DNA from: Podarcis melisellensis
Lineage: Eukaryota
DNA: 64,000 bases
Reading direction: 5' to 3' (one strand)
NCBI GenBank assembly: GCA_964234715.1
Contig: OZ174275.1
The position numbers and the translations under genes were made by a program. The first letter of the stretch is position 1; every line of letters starts with the position of its first letter. Below, in pieces: positions 62,001 through 64,000 of the stretch. The notes beneath the pieces were generated by a model that was not told the origin of the DNA, ran no database searches, and was given only the letters and a program-made list of their open reading frames with translations.

Positions 62001-63514
62001 GCTGTTGCTGGACTCACATCAGCCCCAGCCAGCATAGCCCATTGGTCAGGGATGATGAGAGATTATAGCCCAAAAACATCTAGAGGGCATTTCTTTGGCT
62101 ATCCCTGTTTTTAGGCTTTAGCTTGTGGCATGCTGTGGTTGGGGCTTGCAGTCTTCCTCCCTGCAGGGAGGCCAATGTTAGAAAGTTTGAAGAGCATTTT
62201 CTGGTGCCCTGTCCAGGCTTTTCTTTAGTGTCAGCAGTCTGCAGAGGGTCACATTTCTCCTCAGACTTAATGTATCCTCATGCCTGTGAGTCTGCTGTTC
62301 TGTTTCAATGAATGTGCTAACCTGAACAAACCAAGAACTGGAGTGGAGGAGGGCTTTCCCCCTGCCCCTTACTGTGGTCTTATTTACCTGTCTCCTGACA
62401 GATATGGAGGTAAACTCAATAGGGAAAGAGCGGATATATGTGGGGAAGCGCTGTAGCCGTGTTGTGAGATCTCTTGATAGCAGTGAGTATCTTTCTCCTT
62501 TGTCTCCCATGTTACACCTACGGTAGAACTAGGTTTCTGCATGTGTTGCCAGGTTGCAAATGTAAAGTGTGCACATGTATACATGTACTCAGACACATAA
62601 GGGCATCTCCATAAACGGCAGCAGTTTTCGACATACTGGTACAAAACGTGTTTAGATAGTTGAAATTATTTTAAATTGTATTGTTTTAACAGATTGATGG
62701 CTGGCTGCCCTGGGGTCTTTGGGAGGAAGGTTAGGATAGAAATTAAATAAATTGATGCACAAGTACAGAGAGTGCAGACATACTGCTGGTGGCTGAAGGC
62801 AGCCCTGTTTAGGGAAGCTTTTAATGTTTAACAGACCATTGTATTTTAATATTTTGTTGGAAGCTGCCCAGAGTGGCTGGGGAAACCCAGCCAGATGGGC
62901 AGGGTATACATAATAAATTGTTGTTGTTGTTGTTACTCATCCAAAGTATGATATCCATGAAAAGCTTAGTCTTTTTCTTTCTTCCTTTTTAATTTTAGCC
63001 CCATCCCTGCACTCCAGACATTGGGGAGCGCCTCAGCAAAGGGAGGAGAAGCAGAACCGAAGAGCAATGGAGACAGACCAGCTGCCAACCCCTTTGAGCG
63101 CCCAGGAAACAGTTGCTGAGTCCATCTACATTACCCGCCCGTTGCTCCACTGTATCCTCCCTGCAGTGTATCCTGTGCGCCACCAGAGAGAGCTGCAGCC
63201 CCAGTGTGGAGCAGCATGGCCCTTAATGCTGAGCGGGTCTTGGCTCCTGGGCAAACACTTGGAGGCTTTGCTTCAGTCAATGGGCCTGAAGATCTGCTCC
63301 AATTAACGTCCCCTGTTATTCTGATCCTGCTTTAATTTTTGCTATTGTAGCCCCCTTGGGCTCATGAGACGGCTGGGAAGTCTTTCTACTTCTATAGTTT
63401 TTTGCCTCTTGTCTGTTCAGTTCCTTAACTCTTGCACATAGTGGTGAGCGTAGGCTTATGGGGACAGAGATCTTGGAGACCCTGGCTCCTTTCAGCAGCC
63501 TTGGATATCTCAAG
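55660..63514 (+). CDS. PEX16: Peroxisomal biogenesis factor 16, exons 1-8 (3' end outside window): join(55660..55795,57340..57375,59065..59141,60776..60909,61696..61796,62402..62482,62999..63151,63442..63514)
   Basis: Spliced translation ...[53 protein letters not shown]...[28 protein letters not shown]...[14 protein letters not shown]...[22 protein letters not shown] matches recalled PEX16; all phases consistent. Confidence 0.96.
57340..57375 (+). CDS. PEX16: PEX16 exon 2 (36 nt)
   Basis: [12 protein letters not shown]; ttccag / gtaagt. Confidence 0.95.
59065..59141 (+). CDS. PEX16: PEX16 exon 3
   Basis: [26 protein letters not shown]. Confidence 0.95.
60776..60909 (+). CDS. PEX16: PEX16 exon 4
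   Basis: [45 protein letters not shown]. Confidence 0.95.
61041..61261. mobile_element. Tc1/mariner MITE, family A-related, in PEX16 intron 4
   Basis: aAGTGGTACCTCTGGTTAC...GTAACCAGAGGTACCACTG. Confidence 0.85.
61696..61796 (+). CDS. PEX16: PEX16 exon 5
   Basis: [33 protein letters not shown]. Confidence 0.95.
62402..62482 (+). CDS. PEX16: PEX16 exon 6
   Basis: [27 protein letters not shown]. Confidence 0.92.
62793..62934 (+). mobile_element. L2-type LINE 3' end
   Basis: ctgaaggcagccctgtttaggg...gaagctgcccagagtggctggggaaacccagccagatgggcagggtata with (TTG)n tail. Confidence 0.65.
62999..63151 (+). CDS. PEX16: PEX16 exon 7
   Basis: [51 protein letters not shown]; T|gtatcctc. Confidence 0.95.
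63152..63441 (+). other. PEX16: U12-type (minor spliceosome) GT-AG intron, PEX16 intron 7
   Basis: 5'ss GTATCCTC; consensus branch point TTCCTTAAC at 63421-63429 close to the AG; no long pyrimidine tract. Confidence 0.92.
63442..63514 (+). CDS. PEX16: PEX16 exon 8
   Basis: [24 protein letters not shown]; AAG|gtcagt. Confidence 0.93.
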
Positions 63515-64000
63515 GTCAGTTGGGATAAAAGCATTTCATCGTCCTGGATCCATTTTATTTCACCTTAAATTTTTTGTAACATGATGATTACCTGGTTGTT
63601 TTACTCCGCTAGTGGTGTGCCTCTCTGCAGCTTCAAGGAGAGAAGCAGCCCCTCTGTGAGGAGCTGGCAGAAAAAGGAGGGCTTTATCTTTCGTGGCAGA
63701 GGCTGCCGGGTTGTCCTCCTGTTCCATTTGTTTGTTTGTTTGTTTGTGTGTTTGTTTAATTTTATTTATACTCTGCCCTCCCCAGCCAAAACCAGGCTCA
63801 GGGCGGCTAACATCAAGTATAAAAACAATTGATTAAAATACAACTTAAAAACAGGATTAAAATACAACTTAAAGTGCAGCCTCATTTCAGTGGAAGCCCA
63901 GATCAAAAACTGTTTGGGGGGAGAAAACGTCAAATCTTCACCAAGGCCAACTATCCAGACTGGTCCTATGTGGGCCAGAAAAAAGCAAAAAAGCCAGGGA

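Noticed and set aside
63631-63832. Possible PEX16 exon 9 after ctctctgcag
   Set aside because: Translation (FKERSSPSVRSW...) does not resemble the expected exon 9, which probably lies beyond the window

Overview
Eukaryotic genomic DNA from a squamate reptile; the Sauria SINE, BovB, CR1 and L2 content suggests a lacertid-type lizard (inference). The window holds the conserved vertebrate block PHF21A (+, last 3 coding exons and a probable ~6 kb 3'UTR), LARGE2/GYLTL1B (-, complete 14-exon CDS, 2217 nt, 738 aa) and PEX16 (+, coding exons 1-8, runs off the window). PHF21A and LARGE2 are tail-to-tail; LARGE2 and PEX16 are head-to-head. There are two CpG islands (~30.9-33.3 kb and ~54.6-56.0 kb), two N gaps, and many SINE/LINE fragments and DNA-transposon MITEs. 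I found no new protein-coding gene, RNA gene or CRISPR-like array. The best leads are regulatory: two GC-AG introns in LARGE2; a U12 intron with a tandem second donor in PEX16; a LARGE2 uORF whose stop overlaps an in-frame AUG; an E-box-dense candidate distal LARGE2 exon 1 at the PEX16 promoter plus a second, orphan CpG island; and Tc1/mariner MITEs abutting footprint-like motifs. Ortholog comparisons are from memory, not from a search.
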